Shown piece by piece: positions 35,804 through 46,224 of a stretch of DNA of 64,000 nucleotides (the stretch's first letter is position 1; each line of letters opens with the position of its first letter). Origin of the DNA: a virus (Duplodnaviria; Caudoviricetes); IMG/VR virus record IMGVR_UViG_2595698952_000001, positions 160,001-224,000 of that record, one strand, 5' to 3'. The position numbers were made by a program, and so were the translations under genes. A model generated the notes under the pieces. It was given only the letters and a program-made list of their open reading frames with translations. It ran no database searches and was not told where the DNA came from.

Positions 35804-38044
35804 ATGAAGACACCAGTCGAACTCATGAGTAGTGTGGCTGACCGCGAAGCGGGCATTTCAATGGTATCGGGTGCGCGTGCATCCATGGTCGGTGGACATA
35901 TGAAGTCCGCTGTGCCGGTAGACCATCCGCAGCCGTCCCCACACTTCACGGGGGCAGACGTGAACTACCACGACTTCGCCTTCAACGATATTGTTGAAGA
36001 CAGCGGAACAACGTGTAGTTACATTACGAAAGACGGGCGTCAGCGACGTGCAACGTTTGCACGTTACGGTCGGCAAGGCGACTCTAAGGCATTGGAGTAT
36101 GCCATCTTCTTTAAACGGGCTGAGCAAACAGTACAGAAGAAGACGATGATTGATGTGTTGGAGATTAACTTCTACACCAACCACGATAACGTCTTCTCCT
36201 CAGAAAAGCGCGAAACGAATAAGTTGCGTTCGCTCTTGAACGGGGAAACCGAGCAGTTAGAAAAAGACGAAATCCTGACGACGTTCAACGCACTGAAAGA
36301 CGGTGAGTTTGTCGATGGGGTAAGTCTGTCCACGGTGACGATGTCGCACCCTGACATCATTGAAGATGCGTACACCATCTCCAAAACCGCGGCATCGGTC
36401 ATGCACGCATTCGGGTTGAAGACTATTGACTTCTCCTTGCGTGATGATGAGTTCCTGTTAGATGCGTATGGCTTTACCGATTTCAATGGGGTGCGCATTC
36501 CGCGCTATATGCCGTTGGTGGGTGATGCTGTGCGTGATGATGGTCTGGTGATTGCAGCCCGTCGTTTTGATAAGCTGTACGCGGCAATTGATACCACACT
36601 CGGGGAAACGCAACACATTTCCCCACACATGGATCGTTGTGAATACGTGGATGCCGATCCCGAACATTATCAGGCCAATTTAGATAATGACCTCGAGAAG
36701 ATGGAACGGACAGGCTCGCGGGTGGTGGATATTCAGGTGTGGCGTGACGAAACCAGTTGCAGCCATGGCACCAACAATATCAACTGTACCGAAGAGAACA
36801 AACGCGAACTGGATAAGTACGCGATGGCACTGAAAGAGTATTACCGTGGCATCGTGCGCTTCTACTTCGCTATGTCTCAGGACAAGAGCATTGTCTGGTC
36901 GCCAAAAGCCTGCGTGTTGCTGGACAAAGCCTTCGCTTCGGAAACTTACGAAGTGTATTCTGAGTTCCGTGATGAAATCAAGCAGGTGATTGACGAAGCT
37001 ATCCGTCGTGGTGAGTACGGTAAAGACGGTGTGTCACAACAGATTATTTCCAAGCTGACCTCTCCGGTACAGCGCAGTCTGCGTGACCCTATCAATACCT
37101 ATACCATCAAAATTGTGGTAAGCTACCCGATCCCGGTAACGGTGTCATCGAAAATCACTGACCGTTCAGGTACCAAAGGTATCGTGGGTCGGGTGCTGGA
37201 CGATGAAGACATGCCGATTAACGAGTTCGGTGAGCGTGTTCACGTTATCCGTTCCATGAACGCCGTGGTACGTCGCTCGACCTACGCTGCGTTGTTCCAC
37301 ATGTATTGGTCGGCGGCGTCTGAGCAACTTAAGCTGCGAATGAAGCCTGAACTGGATGCAGGTAACATCAATGGGGCCTGGGCAGTCATGATGGACTATC
37401 TGATGCGTTATAATCCCGATTGGGTTAACGCATTGAATGCCACGCATGACACAGATGAGCTGAAACAGAAACTCTTCGCAGAGATTTATGATTTCACCAT
37501 CCGTATCTGGATGCCGCATGAGCTGGATGATTTGCCGGTGGACATCTCTGAACGTCTGGGCGAGTTCAAACCGAAGAAGTCGAAACTCCTGATTACCAAT
37601 TACGACGGTAAGAAAGAGTGGACGAAGAACGAGTTCTACGTGGGCTTAGTGGAAACGTTGCGTCTGGATAAAACCGGTCGTGAGTTCTCCAGTATCTCCT
37701 CGATGTACCTGAACTTCATGGGGACTATCGATGCCTCTAATCAGGGCCGTGGCTCGTATCCGATTAACCTGAAAGGCTTAAAGTGGGGCGGGCCATCTGA
37801 GCACCGTTTACTCGAAGGCTTTGGCCCAGGCAACTATGACGAAGCGCATAACCGTGCTAATGACCCGGCGGTTCACCGTGCTATCGTTACTGGGCTGTAT
37901 AACTCTCCAACTCCAACTAACCCTGGTTACTTGGTGGATCGTAAGAAACTGCCAATGGGGGATTCGCAAGTGGATAGAATGATTCGTAACATTCACCGCG
38001 CCGAAGGGTTTGAGTTAATCCGTCCAGTACGGGAGGAGAAATAA
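35804..38044 (+). CDS. Non-virion RNA polymerase beta-like C-terminal subunit (phiKZ gp71-73-like)
   Basis: EDA and SKITDRSGTKGIVGRVLDDEDMP (equivalent to GDK..RHGNKG..EDMP). Confidence 0.9.
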   Translation: MKTPVELMSSVADREAGISMVSGARASMVGGHMKSAVPVDHPQPSPHFTGADVNYHDFAFNDIVEDSGTTCSYITKDGRQRRATFARYGRQGDSKALEYAIFFKRAEQTVQKKTMIDVLEINFYTNHDNVFSSEKRETNKLRSLLNGETEQLEKDEILTTFNALKDGEFVDGVSLSTVTMSHPDIIEDAYTISKTAASVMHAFGLKTIDFSLRDDEFLLDAYGFTDFNGVRIPRYMPLVGDAVRDDGLVIAARRFDKLYAAIDTTLGETQHISPHMDRCEYVDADPEHYQANLDNDLEKMERTGSRVVDIQVWRDETSCSHGTNNINCTEENKRELDKYAMALKEYYRGIVRFYFAMSQDKSIVWSPKACVLLDKAFASETYEVYSEFRDEIKQVIDEAIRRGEYGKDGVSQQIISKLTSPVQRSLRDPINTYTIKIVVSYPIPVTVSSKITDRSGTKGIVGRVLDDEDMPINEFGERVHVIRSMNAVVRRSTYAALFHMYWSAASEQLKLRMKPELDAGNINGAWAVMMDYLMRYNPDWVNALNATHDTDELKQKLFAEIYDFTIRIWMPHELDDLPVDISERLGEFKPKKSKLLITNYDGKKEWTKNEFYVGLVETLRLDKTGREFSSISSMYLNFMGTIDASNQGRGSYPINLKGLKWGGPSEHRLLEGFGPGNYDEAHNRANDPAVHRAIVTGLYNSPTPTNPGYLVDRKKLPMGDSQVDRMIRNIHRAEGFELIRPVREEK

Positions 38045-40149
38045 TGCAGGGTCGTCACGTTCACGTTCGACAACTACGGGCACTGAATTCTGATCAAGTG
38101 TGGAAGCTTCGCGGGCGGTATTACGTGGAGTTTGATGACGGGAAGAAACTGGAGATGGCCTCTCGACACATCAAGTTGAGTTGGCCGTACTGGGGTATCT
38201 CGCGGTTCTATCCGCAAGTACCAACCCCATCGTCGCTGGCCTACCGTCAGGATGAGGTGGCCACGGATGACCGCCACATTGACTTTATGTCTGAGGCGAG
38301 TGTGCTGGCGCGTAAGGCGGGTATCGATCTCGCCGATACGCGTTATATCCTGAGCCAACATGTGTACGCTGATGCGTTCAACATGACGGTAAAGAACCTG
38401 CTTGCATACTGTACCACCATCGACTATGACACGATGATGGAAATCTATAACCACGAGAACTTCGAGATTATCCGTGGGTGGGCCAAAGCCTATCCAACCG
38501 GGTATGACGAAGAAGGCGTGGATATGGTGGAGGAAGCGTATAAGCTTATCGAGAAAATCTTCCAGGACCCGGCACTGAAATACAATCCGGTGGTGATGTC
38601 GGTACTCGACAAAACCATCAAGATGAACCAGGTGCTCCAGGCATTCGTGCGTGGTAAAACGTCCGAGATTGACTCCCGCGTTTACTCCAATCAGGTGTGG
38701 GAAGGTTTCTTCACCGGGATGCATTCGGTCATCAGTCGACTGAAAGAGTCTGGCGCAACCTCGCGTTCGCATCTGTACAACACAGATAAGATTGCCGAAG
38801 CAGAGTACGCCTCGCGTAAATTGCAGCTGGCCGCGAACGTGCTGATGTATTTCAGCTACGAGGACTGTGGGACGGAGCATGTTCATCATCATACCTTCCA
38901 GGACGTGACGATTGACATCAAAGCCCACAAGGCGATGAAGGGGATGCGTTATCGCTTTGACGGCGAGACGGGCCCATGGCGTCGCTTTGAAGAAGACGAG
39001 TTCGATCAGGTCGTCGGTAAGCCTATCGTCTTCCGCAGTGCTATGACTTGTAAGAAGATGGCCGATCAGGGCATCTGTGCGATCTGTATGGGTGATTTGA
39101 TTTACAACCTGTCTGAAGGCACATCACCGGGTCACCTGGCCTCTACCTCCATCTCGGAGAAAGGTACCCAGGGGATTCTGTCCACCAAACACCTTGACTT
39201 CCTGCGTTATCTGCTCAACCTGGTGTTGACACCGCGCATGAAAGATTATCTGGTTGAGCACAAGCACAACTCCGTCAAAGGACTGTGCCTGCGGCCGAAG
39301 CCACAGTTTGGCGTGTGGGAAGAGTACGAACTCGTGGTTTCAGATAAGGTGTATTCCGAACTGAGCCAGATTGCGTACCATGAACACCTGGACGACATTG
39401 ATGAAACGGCGTTACCGGAAATCACCGACCTGACATTCTACCGTCGGGATGCGGATGGTCAGGTACTGTCCGAAGATTCGGTGGATGTGCGCATGGGGGT
39501 CTGTGGAAACTTCTCCAAAGCCTTCCTGCACTTCTTCTTGAAGCAGCGTGTTGACCTGCGCTTCCCCACCAAGAAAACGGTACACATCCCGTTGAAAGGC
39601 TGGGGCCAGAAACAACCACTGCTCATCTACACCAACCGTTCGGAATCCATGGCAGAGTTCGTTGCCGGTCTTGAGACCAAGCTGCGTTCTGTTGCTGCGG
39701 ATAAGAACGATGAAGTCGTGGAGATTATCAACGCCAACACGACGATGAAGATGAACAAGAAGCAGGGCCGTGTGAAGCCAATCACCTTAGTGGAGATGGG
39801 CGGAGCCACGGAGAAACAGTGTACTTATGCACTGTTCGATACGTTCAAATACATCCAACGCAAGCTGGGTGGTATCCCGATGACGCATATTGCGATAATG
39901 CTTGCTATATCGCGTGTGGAATCCCCAACGAATTCGTTCCCGGCAGTCGGCTTTGACAGTGAAGAAGCCACCACTGTTTCCGGTAAACGTTTCGTTGACC
40001 ACAATACGCTCATTGCGATTCGCTCAGCAGGCCCGATGTTGTTGTTCGAAGGTCAGCAGAATAACCTCGATAATGTCGGGTTCTATACAGATCACCACAT
40101 TCCAGCCTCGTTGTACGATGGTGGGTTAGGTGCCGTGGTGGTGCATTAA
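38044..40149 (+). CDS. Non-virion RNA polymerase beta'-like C-terminal subunit (phiKZ gp74-like)
   Basis: DCGT, FRSAMTC, ICAICMG, SISEKGTQGILSTKH (trigger-loop region). Confidence 0.9.
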   Translation: MQGRHVHVRQLRALNSDQVWKLRGRYYVEFDDGKKLEMASRHIKLSWPYWGISRFYPQVPTPSSLAYRQDEVATDDRHIDFMSEASVLARKAGIDLADTRYILSQHVYADAFNMTVKNLLAYCTTIDYDTMMEIYNHENFEIIRGWAKAYPTGYDEEGVDMVEEAYKLIEKIFQDPALKYNPVVMSVLDKTIKMNQVLQAFVRGKTSEIDSRVYSNQVWEGFFTGMHSVISRLKESGATSRSHLYNTDKIAEAEYASRKLQLAANVLMYFSYEDCGTEHVHHHTFQDVTIDIKAHKAMKGMRYRFDGETGPWRRFEEDEFDQVVGKPIVFRSAMTCKKMADQGICAICMGDLIYNLSEGTSPGHLASTSISEKGTQGILSTKHLDFLRYLLNLVLTPRMKDYLVEHKHNSVKGLCLRPKPQFGVWEEYELVVSDKVYSELSQIAYHEHLDDIDETALPEITDLTFYRRDADGQVLSEDSVDVRMGVCGNFSKAFLHFFLKQRVDLRFPTKKTVHIPLKGWGQKQPLLIYTNRSESMAEFVAGLETKLRSVAADKNDEVVEIINANTTMKMNKKQGRVKPITLVEMGGATEKQCTYALFDTFKYIQRKLGGIPMTHIAIMLAISRVESPTNSFPAVGFDSEEATTVSGKRFVDHNTLIAIRSAGPMLLFEGQQNNLDNVGFYTDHHIPASLYDGGLGAVVVH

Positions 40150-40191
40150 GTAGAGGGGCCATGTGCCCCTCTTTTTTTGTAGAGGGGTAGC

Positions 40192-41898
40192 ATGGTCGAG
40201 ATTCACATGACTTACACGAGTATGGGGGTCAGGGTAGAAGTCCCCAACCGACAGATGGAGTCGGCTATACTCGCGTGGGCCGAAGAGAATATGCACGCCC
40301 CCAAGATGGGCAAGCAACAAGGACGTATCACTACCGAAAGGGGGGATGCGTTTTATGTACACATTCCTTCCCTGCGCACATTTATCTTTCACCGTATGTT
40401 TGCTGACCGTATTCAGGCGCTGATCCAACGGGCGTCTTTAGAATACGGTGTTCGTTACAACCTGTATCAGCATCAGGTTGAACGCAGCGAGCCGTACCGT
40501 TGTACGTTTGACAATCCCGGCTTTGCCATGATGGAAACTGACGAGTCTTCTCGTTTCTTCTACCAGAACGAAGTTGTGGATGCTGCTTGCCAGCCAGATC
40601 GCCAACAAACCATCTTTGCCATTCAGACTGGTCGCGGAAAAACCAAAACCTGTATGAAAGTCATGGTAAAGAAAGGGGTACGCACACTGCTGATTCACCG
40701 ACCCACGTATGTGTCCAAGTGGCTGTTTGACACCACAGAAGACCCTACAGGGCTGCGTGAAGATAAGGAAGGGGTATGGGTGGTGACGGGCGTACAGGCC
40801 GTCTACGAGGTGCTGGAGATGGGAGAAAACGGGGAACTCGACCGCCGGGGGATTAAGATTATTATTATCCCGACTGTGACCCTGCAACGCTTCCTGAAAG
40901 AGTACATCAACACCGCGGCAACTAACCCCGTGAACCTTGACCGGTTCTACGACACGTTGGGCGTCGGTCTGTTGGCCATGGATGAAGTGCATGAGCATTT
41001 CCATCTGGTTTATCAGGCAGGGATTATGTTGAATCCCCCACCGAGTGTGGAGATGTCAGCCACACTGAAACCGGGTGCCAGCAAAGCGTTTATTGCTGAG
41101 CGGTATCTGGAACGTTTCCCGCCGGATTTGCGTATCTCGATCCCGGTCATTCCCGTGGTGCATATCCGTGCACTGTATTACGCCATTGAAGATCGTAAGT
41201 TTGCGTTCTGGGCCGGGAAGATGACCCCGTACAACCACAAACTGTTCGAAGGGAAACTCATTAAAGAGAATCTCCACATCAGTTATGCGGAAATGTACTG
41301 GGACATGATTGAGAAAACCTACCTGAAAGAGTATCAGGTGGGGCAGAAAATCTTGTGTATCTTTGCGACAGTGGCGATGTGCGAATTCTTCACAGAGTTT
41401 GTGAAGGACAAGCTTGCACAATCAGAGCAGTTCCATGCACTGATGGTGTCGAAGTTTAATGCGGGCGATTCGTATGACGACTTCATCTTAGCAGACATCT
41501 CTATCTCCACACCGGGGAAAGCAGGTACTGCGGTTGATAAGCCGGGGTTGGTACACATGTACATCTCGACCCCGGTTGAAGACCAACAGCTCAACGAGCA
41601 GATGGCCGGTCGTCCACGTAAAATCATGCACAAGGATTGGGGCGAAATCGATCCGAAGGTGTGGTTGTTCCATTCGCACAACATACCGAAGCATTGCAAC
41701 TATCTGAACTCGCGCCAGAAGTCACTGACCGATGTCGTGTTGTCCTTTAAGATTGCAACGTCTCCGTACGTCGTAAGGAAATCCAATGCTCACTCCGCCG
41801 CTTCCGCCCGCGCCAATGCCGCCTTATGTCGGGCTGACCTTAGCAAGTTTACTCGAAACCGCTTTAAAAGCGTATCCCGGCGTAGAAGACGTCGCTAA
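40192..41898 (+). CDS. SF2 DEAD/H-like helicase (phiKZ gp75-like)
   Basis: QTGRGKT, DEVH, SAT, QMAGRPR. Confidence 0.9.
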   Translation: MVEIHMTYTSMGVRVEVPNRQMESAILAWAEENMHAPKMGKQQGRITTERGDAFYVHIPSLRTFIFHRMFADRIQALIQRASLEYGVRYNLYQHQVERSEPYRCTFDNPGFAMMETDESSRFFYQNEVVDAACQPDRQQTIFAIQTGRGKTKTCMKVMVKKGVRTLLIHRPTYVSKWLFDTTEDPTGLREDKEGVWVVTGVQAVYEVLEMGENGELDRRGIKIIIIPTVTLQRFLKEYINTAATNPVNLDRFYDTLGVGLLAMDEVHEHFHLVYQAGIMLNPPPSVEMSATLKPGASKAFIAERYLERFPPDLRISIPVIPVVHIRALYYAIEDRKFAFWAGKMTPYNHKLFEGKLIKENLHISYAEMYWDMIEKTYLKEYQVGQKILCIFATVAMCEFFTEFVKDKLAQSEQFHALMVSKFNAGDSYDDFILADISISTPGKAGTAVDKPGLVHMYISTPVEDQQLNEQMAGRPRKIMHKDWGEIDPKVWLFHSHNIPKHCNYLNSRQKSLTDVVLSFKIATSPYVVRKSNAHSAASARANAALCRADLSKFTRNRFKSVSRRRRRR

Positions 41899-42169
41899 GG
41901 CGCTATGTACTGACCCTGTGTTGTCGCCTGCCTTCCATTACTACATGGTGGATGAGCACTTCGCAGGGATAATGATTCTCCAACGGGGCCTCACCTACTA
42001 CGTTACGCGTAACTCCAGCATCCGTACGACAGCGTCGTACGAGCAGTACAGTTATGTGTTGTGGAATGAGAACCCCGCGGGGAACGTTGACCAAAACCCG
42101 AAGATGGCATACCGGCTGTTCTCGGAAAAATGGCACGATTGGGTCACTGTACCGCACAATGCCAGTTAA
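41786..42169 (+). CDS. Hypothetical protein overlapping the helicase 3' end
   Basis: TAAGGA RBS before ATG 41786. Confidence 0.6.
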   Translation: MLTPPLPPAPMPPYVGLTLASLLETALKAYPGVEDVAKALCTDPVLSPAFHYYMVDEHFAGIMILQRGLTYYVTRNSSIRTTASYEQYSYVLWNENPAGNVDQNPKMAYRLFSEKWHDWVTVPHNAS

Positions 42170-42228
42170 TAACGTGTCGGGTGTATAATGTGTATACACC
42201 CAACCCTTTCCCAATAAGGAATATTTCG

Positions 42229-42816
42229 ATGAGTCGTGCCAAAAAGTCCAACGGTTTTAACCCTCGCCAGAACGCGCGTGACTATATCCGCAACGCGATG
42301 CAGGGTATTCTCAGCATCAGTCTGATGTTTGAAGAAGAAACCAAAATCCTGTCACAGAAAATCGACCGTGAGCGTGAAGTGTCATCCACCATCGGTTACG
42401 AACCCCTGCGTATCTTTACGCTGGAAAAACTGGATGAAGCCCAGGCCGGTTTCATCGGGTTAATGAAAGAAGGCAAAGAGAAACTCGATGCCCTGAACAT
42501 TGAAGCTGACGCCACGGCGGTCGAGCTGCAAACCCTGGTGAACGAGAATCGCTGGGACACCATTAAAGACACCTATCCGGCGATGGAAATGGCCCTGGCT
42601 GCACACGCCACAGATGCCCACATCATCGGCCAACAGATTCAAGGTGCGGCCATTGAGATCCTGTCTCTGTATAATGGCCGTGTCAACTTCGTGAAGCAAG
42701 CTCTGAAAAGAGATATCGACTGGGACGTAGCACTGAAGATGCTGGCAGAAGCCGAAGCAGATCAGGCGAAGCCGGTTGAAGAAGCTGAAACCGTTGAGGA
42801 AGCTGCACATGTCTGA
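42229..42816 (+). CDS. Hypothetical helical protein
   Basis: TAAGGA RBS before MSRAKKS. Confidence 0.75.
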   Translation: MSRAKKSNGFNPRQNARDYIRNAMQGILSISLMFEEETKILSQKIDREREVSSTIGYEPLRIFTLEKLDEAQAGFIGLMKEGKEKLDALNIEADATAVELQTLVNENRWDTIKDTYPAMEMALAAHATDAHIIGQQIQGAAIEILSLYNGRVNFVKQALKRDIDWDVALKMLAEAEADQAKPVEEAETVEEAAHV

Positions 42817-44869
42817 ACCGTTAGATCAGCGCCCGTCCAACGTGCGCCGTCCCAATCTTAACCAGCCTGAGGTGTCGCAAGACACCCAGGAACTGGTGCT
42901 GCCACCGGCTGCGCAAATCCAGACCATGGATAGCGAAGACGCGGTGATGTTGATTAAGAAATCCAACCCTGGTTTTTCTTTTGCCCGTGCTGAGCAAGTG
43001 TACAACGAACACTACCCCGTTCAGCCGCTGCAAGTCGAAGAACCGGTGCTGCAACGCCCGGTGTATCAGCAGGAAGAACCCCCTGCCCCACCGGTTGCTC
43101 CTACGGTAGCGCCGGAAACACCAAAGGTGCCGGAGGAAACCGCCCACGTTACCCAGCCCGCTGGCCCGGACACAACGATCTTCGTTGAGCCAAAACCAGA
43201 GCCGAAGGTAACGCATCAGCATGTGCACCAATCTGCGCCTGTGCAGAAAGAAACGACAGTGGACGATAAACCGTTCACTCCGGCTTCACCTGAAAAACAG
43301 GTACAGCACGCTGACCACGAAAAGAACGCTGCGCCGCAGGTGCGTCCGGGCGACAGCGAACGTCAGGTGAACTTTGGTAAAGGTGTGTATCAGCCCGAAA
43401 CGGCTGAGCTGCCCGAAGACGACCGTGATGCGGTACTGACCGGCCTGCGTCGTTTGGTCGGCCCGATGCAAGACCCGAACTTAATCGGGAAAGACTTGCA
43501 GCGTTTCTTCTCCAGTGTGAAACGTTCCCCGGAAGACGGCCGTCTGTTGTTTGAAAGCGAAGAACAGCAAAACCGCTACGGTCTTATCTACGCGGCGCTG
43601 AACATGACCCCACCGACACTGCACAGTGGCGTGCAGGCGTTTGACCAGGCGTTAGAGCGTGCAGATACCCCGTGGGAACAGCGTGTACTGCTGCCGGGCT
43701 TTGATAAGCCTGCGGGTCTCATCTCCCCACGCAACAACATGCACACTGGCCCGATTGCTGCCCTGCGCCGTCGTCGCAAGACCGGTATTCCTAACTCGGT
43801 CTGGTTACCGGCTACCGGTATCTACGTCGGCTTCAAAGCACCGAACGAACGTGAGTTCTGTGATTTCGATATGCAGCTGACGCTGGAAACGGCCACCATC
43901 GGGATGCAGACGTACGGCCTGATGCTGTCGTCCTCGTCCGGTGTCTATATCCGCCACATGGTTGAGTTCGCCCTGCAATTCGTTACCGAGTGTACGCTCG
44001 ACTGCGAAGGCAACGACATGAAGACCGTGCTGCTGGATAAGATTGACCTGGCTGACTACTGGCTGGTTATTCTGGGCCCAATCCAGGCGAAGTTCCCGGC
44101 CGGGTTACCATGGACACTGATTTGTGGTCGTGACGGTTGCGAACACGAAGAAAGTGTGAAGCTGAACATCGCCCGTTGTATCCGTATGGGTACCGGTCTG
44201 TACACCGACCTGCAACGTAACCTGTGGGCGCATCAGCGTGGTACCGATGACTTCCTGATCAGTCAGGCAGAACAAGCGGAGTTCGTAAACAACCACCTGA
44301 AAGACCCGGCTGCTGTCTTTGAAAAAGATGGCGTGACCGTGACCTTCGGTCGTTGTTCTATCGGCGAGTTCTTCGACCACACCGAAAGCTGGATGGCGGA
44401 CATCAATGCCTCAACCACCACGGCATTGTCGGCCAACGGTACGGAGCGTGAGAAAGAGAACCATATGCGCCTCACCGCAGAGACCCGTCGTCTGACCCGT
44501 TATGCCCACATGGTGGAATCTATCTCCGTGGTGGAAGAACAGGAAGTTGACGGTGAGCTCGTGCAGACCACGCAGACGGAACGTGACTACAAGAAGATTG
44601 TCGTGATGCTCGAAGAGTTATCACCTGACCGTCTGTATGTCAGTCAGTTCGAAGAAGCGATGGCGCTGTATAATGAGCGCTCACGTCTGGCCGTCTTCGG
44701 CTACATGGGACAGAAATGTTCTGTGTGCGGTGGCGACCATGACGGTGAGAAAGAAGGTCTGTACCGTGGTATCGTTACCATTTCTCCGGACAGGGTTTTT
44801 TTCGAGCTCTCTCGAGTGGTGTCCGAGATTCAGAAGTTTCTGCTCAGACAATACGGCGTTACTGGCTAG
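42809..44869 (+). CDS. Putative tail/baseplate hub assembly chaperone (T4 gp26-like or G-like)
   Basis: GAGGA RBS; Pro/Gln-rich N-terminus; CGRDGC and CSVC Zn ligands; slippery site near the 3' end. Confidence 0.55.
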   Translation: MSEPLDQRPSNVRRPNLNQPEVSQDTQELVLPPAAQIQTMDSEDAVMLIKKSNPGFSFARAEQVYNEHYPVQPLQVEEPVLQRPVYQQEEPPAPPVAPTVAPETPKVPEETAHVTQPAGPDTTIFVEPKPEPKVTHQHVHQSAPVQKETTVDDKPFTPASPEKQVQHADHEKNAAPQVRPGDSERQVNFGKGVYQPETAELPEDDRDAVLTGLRRLVGPMQDPNLIGKDLQRFFSSVKRSPEDGRLLFESEEQQNRYGLIYAALNMTPPTLHSGVQAFDQALERADTPWEQRVLLPGFDKPAGLISPRNNMHTGPIAALRRRRKTGIPNSVWLPATGIYVGFKAPNEREFCDFDMQLTLETATIGMQTYGLMLSSSSGVYIRHMVEFALQFVTECTLDCEGNDMKTVLLDKIDLADYWLVILGPIQAKFPAGLPWTLICGRDGCEHEESVKLNIARCIRMGTGLYTDLQRNLWAHQRGTDDFLISQAEQAEFVNNHLKDPAAVFEKDGVTVTFGRCSIGEFFDHTESWMADINASTTTALSANGTEREKENHMRLTAETRRLTRYAHMVESISVVEEQEVDGELVQTTQTERDYKKIVVMLEELSPDRLYVSQFEEAMALYNERSRLAVFGYMGQKCSVCGGDHDGEKEGLYRGIVTISPDRVFFELSRVVSEIQKFLLRQYGVTG

Positions 44870-45291
44870 ACCACGACGAAGTACCATCCGACCAGATAAT
44901 CACGACCCTCAAGTTGGATACCACCTCACTGTTCAAGCAGCGTAGTACCCGACCGATTACGTATCAGGAAGCCCACAACGAGTTGATGGAAGCTTACGAT
45001 GCAACACTCGGCCTGGATACAGGTGAGAACCATATCGGGTTGTCAGAGTTTGAGAACCCGGTAACCGGTAGTCTGTACGAAATCTGGTATGCCACGTACC
45101 TGCGTGAGCAAATTGGTGAACACTTTCGTCTTTCGTTCGATGAGTTCTTAGACCGTCCTCGCTGGCAAATTATGATCATGCTGGAGGCGGTCAGGCGTCG
45201 CATGGCTATCCTCAACAAGGATATTCAGGCACAGCTTGAAGAGAACAAAGAGATGCGCGAATTGGAGAAAGAAAACAAGGGTCGTTCTTAA
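44800..45291 (+). CDS. -1 frame extension of the upstream gene (GT-like / T4 gp51-like segment)
   Basis: Frame open from 44749 with no start codon before a TTG lacking an RBS; reached via T TTT TTC; FRLSFDEFLDRPRWQI resembles chaperone T segments. Confidence 0.6.
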   Translation, partial: FRALSSGVRDSEVSAQTIRRYWLDHDEVPSDQIITTLKLDTTSLFKQRSTRPITYQEAHNELMEAYDATLGLDTGENHIGLSEFENPVTGSLYEIWYATYLREQIGEHFRLSFDEFLDRPRWQIMIMLEAVRRRMAILNKDIQAQLEENKEMRELEKENKGRS

Positions 45292-45360
45292 GGGGCTTCG
45301 GCCCCTTTTCCTTTTCTTTTTTTGCCTTGGTATGAATCCCCAAAGTGCTGGAAACCTCCC

Positions 45361-46224
45361 ATGATTGACATTTATACCGACTACGCGGCCGTACTGACGG
45401 TCAATCGCCATGAAGACCGTGCAGCGCCGATGCTAGACTTAGTGACCCTCGGTATCGATTACGGTTATGATGTGGCTTTAAGCGACGTGTATTTTGAACC
45501 GTCTTCTGACCCGGCGGATGAGACCATCCGGTTAGAAGGTATTATCGTGAAGTGTGCAGTCGCGCTCGGCAACCGCCTGGGCGTCGCCCTTAATCCACAA
45601 ATCGTGTATCATAAACCCAAAGAGACCGTGCGTATCTTACACGGACTGCTGGAAAAGTTTGAAGACTTCGACGACAGCGATAGCCTGTACGGCATCGTGA
45701 TGTCTGGCGAAACCCCTGAGCACATTCTTGAGAACATGTGCCGTGTTGTGTACGGTGACAACAACCTGCACTTCGAAGACCTCGTTATTTCAGTCGGCCC
45801 ACGGGTGATGACCGTGATGCGTAACTACCTGGCGGCAGCAGCGCTGGAAGAACAGAAGGGTGACAACGATTACCTGCGTATCGGCCGTATCGCGGCGTAT
45901 CTGCGTACCTTCCCCCAAAACCCGTCAGCGTTTGTGTTCCTGAACCTGCCGCAAGAACCGGACATGCTTGTGGTACAACAAGCGTTGTCGTTTGCGGACG
46001 ACGAGTACAGCGACGATGAGTTACTGTTAATGTACGCGGTCGGGTTATCCGTGATTCCGTTCGATGACTTTGACGGGGCCTACGGTGCGTTGGCCGGGAA
46101 CCTAGAAAAGATTAACACCGACAACTACCCTCCTCTGCCGATTCTGGAACAGGGGTTGGCTGCCCTGAAAACCATCTACGGGCAAGACCGTGCGCAAGAG
46201 GAAGAGAATTATGAACAGGATTGA
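45361..46224 (+). CDS. Conserved protein, putative virion protein
   Basis: ATG 45361 after a TATG late-type motif; precedes the vRNAP subunit. Confidence 0.65.
   Translation: MIDIYTDYAAVLTVNRHEDRAAPMLDLVTLGIDYGYDVALSDVYFEPSSDPADETIRLEGIIVKCAVALGNRLGVALNPQIVYHKPKETVRILHGLLEKFEDFDDSDSLYGIVMSGETPEHILENMCRVVYGDNNLHFEDLVISVGPRVMTVMRNYLAAAALEEQKGDNDYLRIGRIAAYLRTFPQNPSAFVFLNLPQEPDMLVVQQALSFADDEYSDDELLLMYAVGLSVIPFDDFDGAYGALAGNLEKINTDNYPPLPILEQGLAALKTIYGQDRAQEEENYEQD

Noticed and set aside
24412-40149. Self-splicing introns or inteins in the RNAP genes (as in phiKZ)
   Set aside because: All subunits are continuous ORFs with no HNH/LAGLIDADG insertions or intein motifs seen
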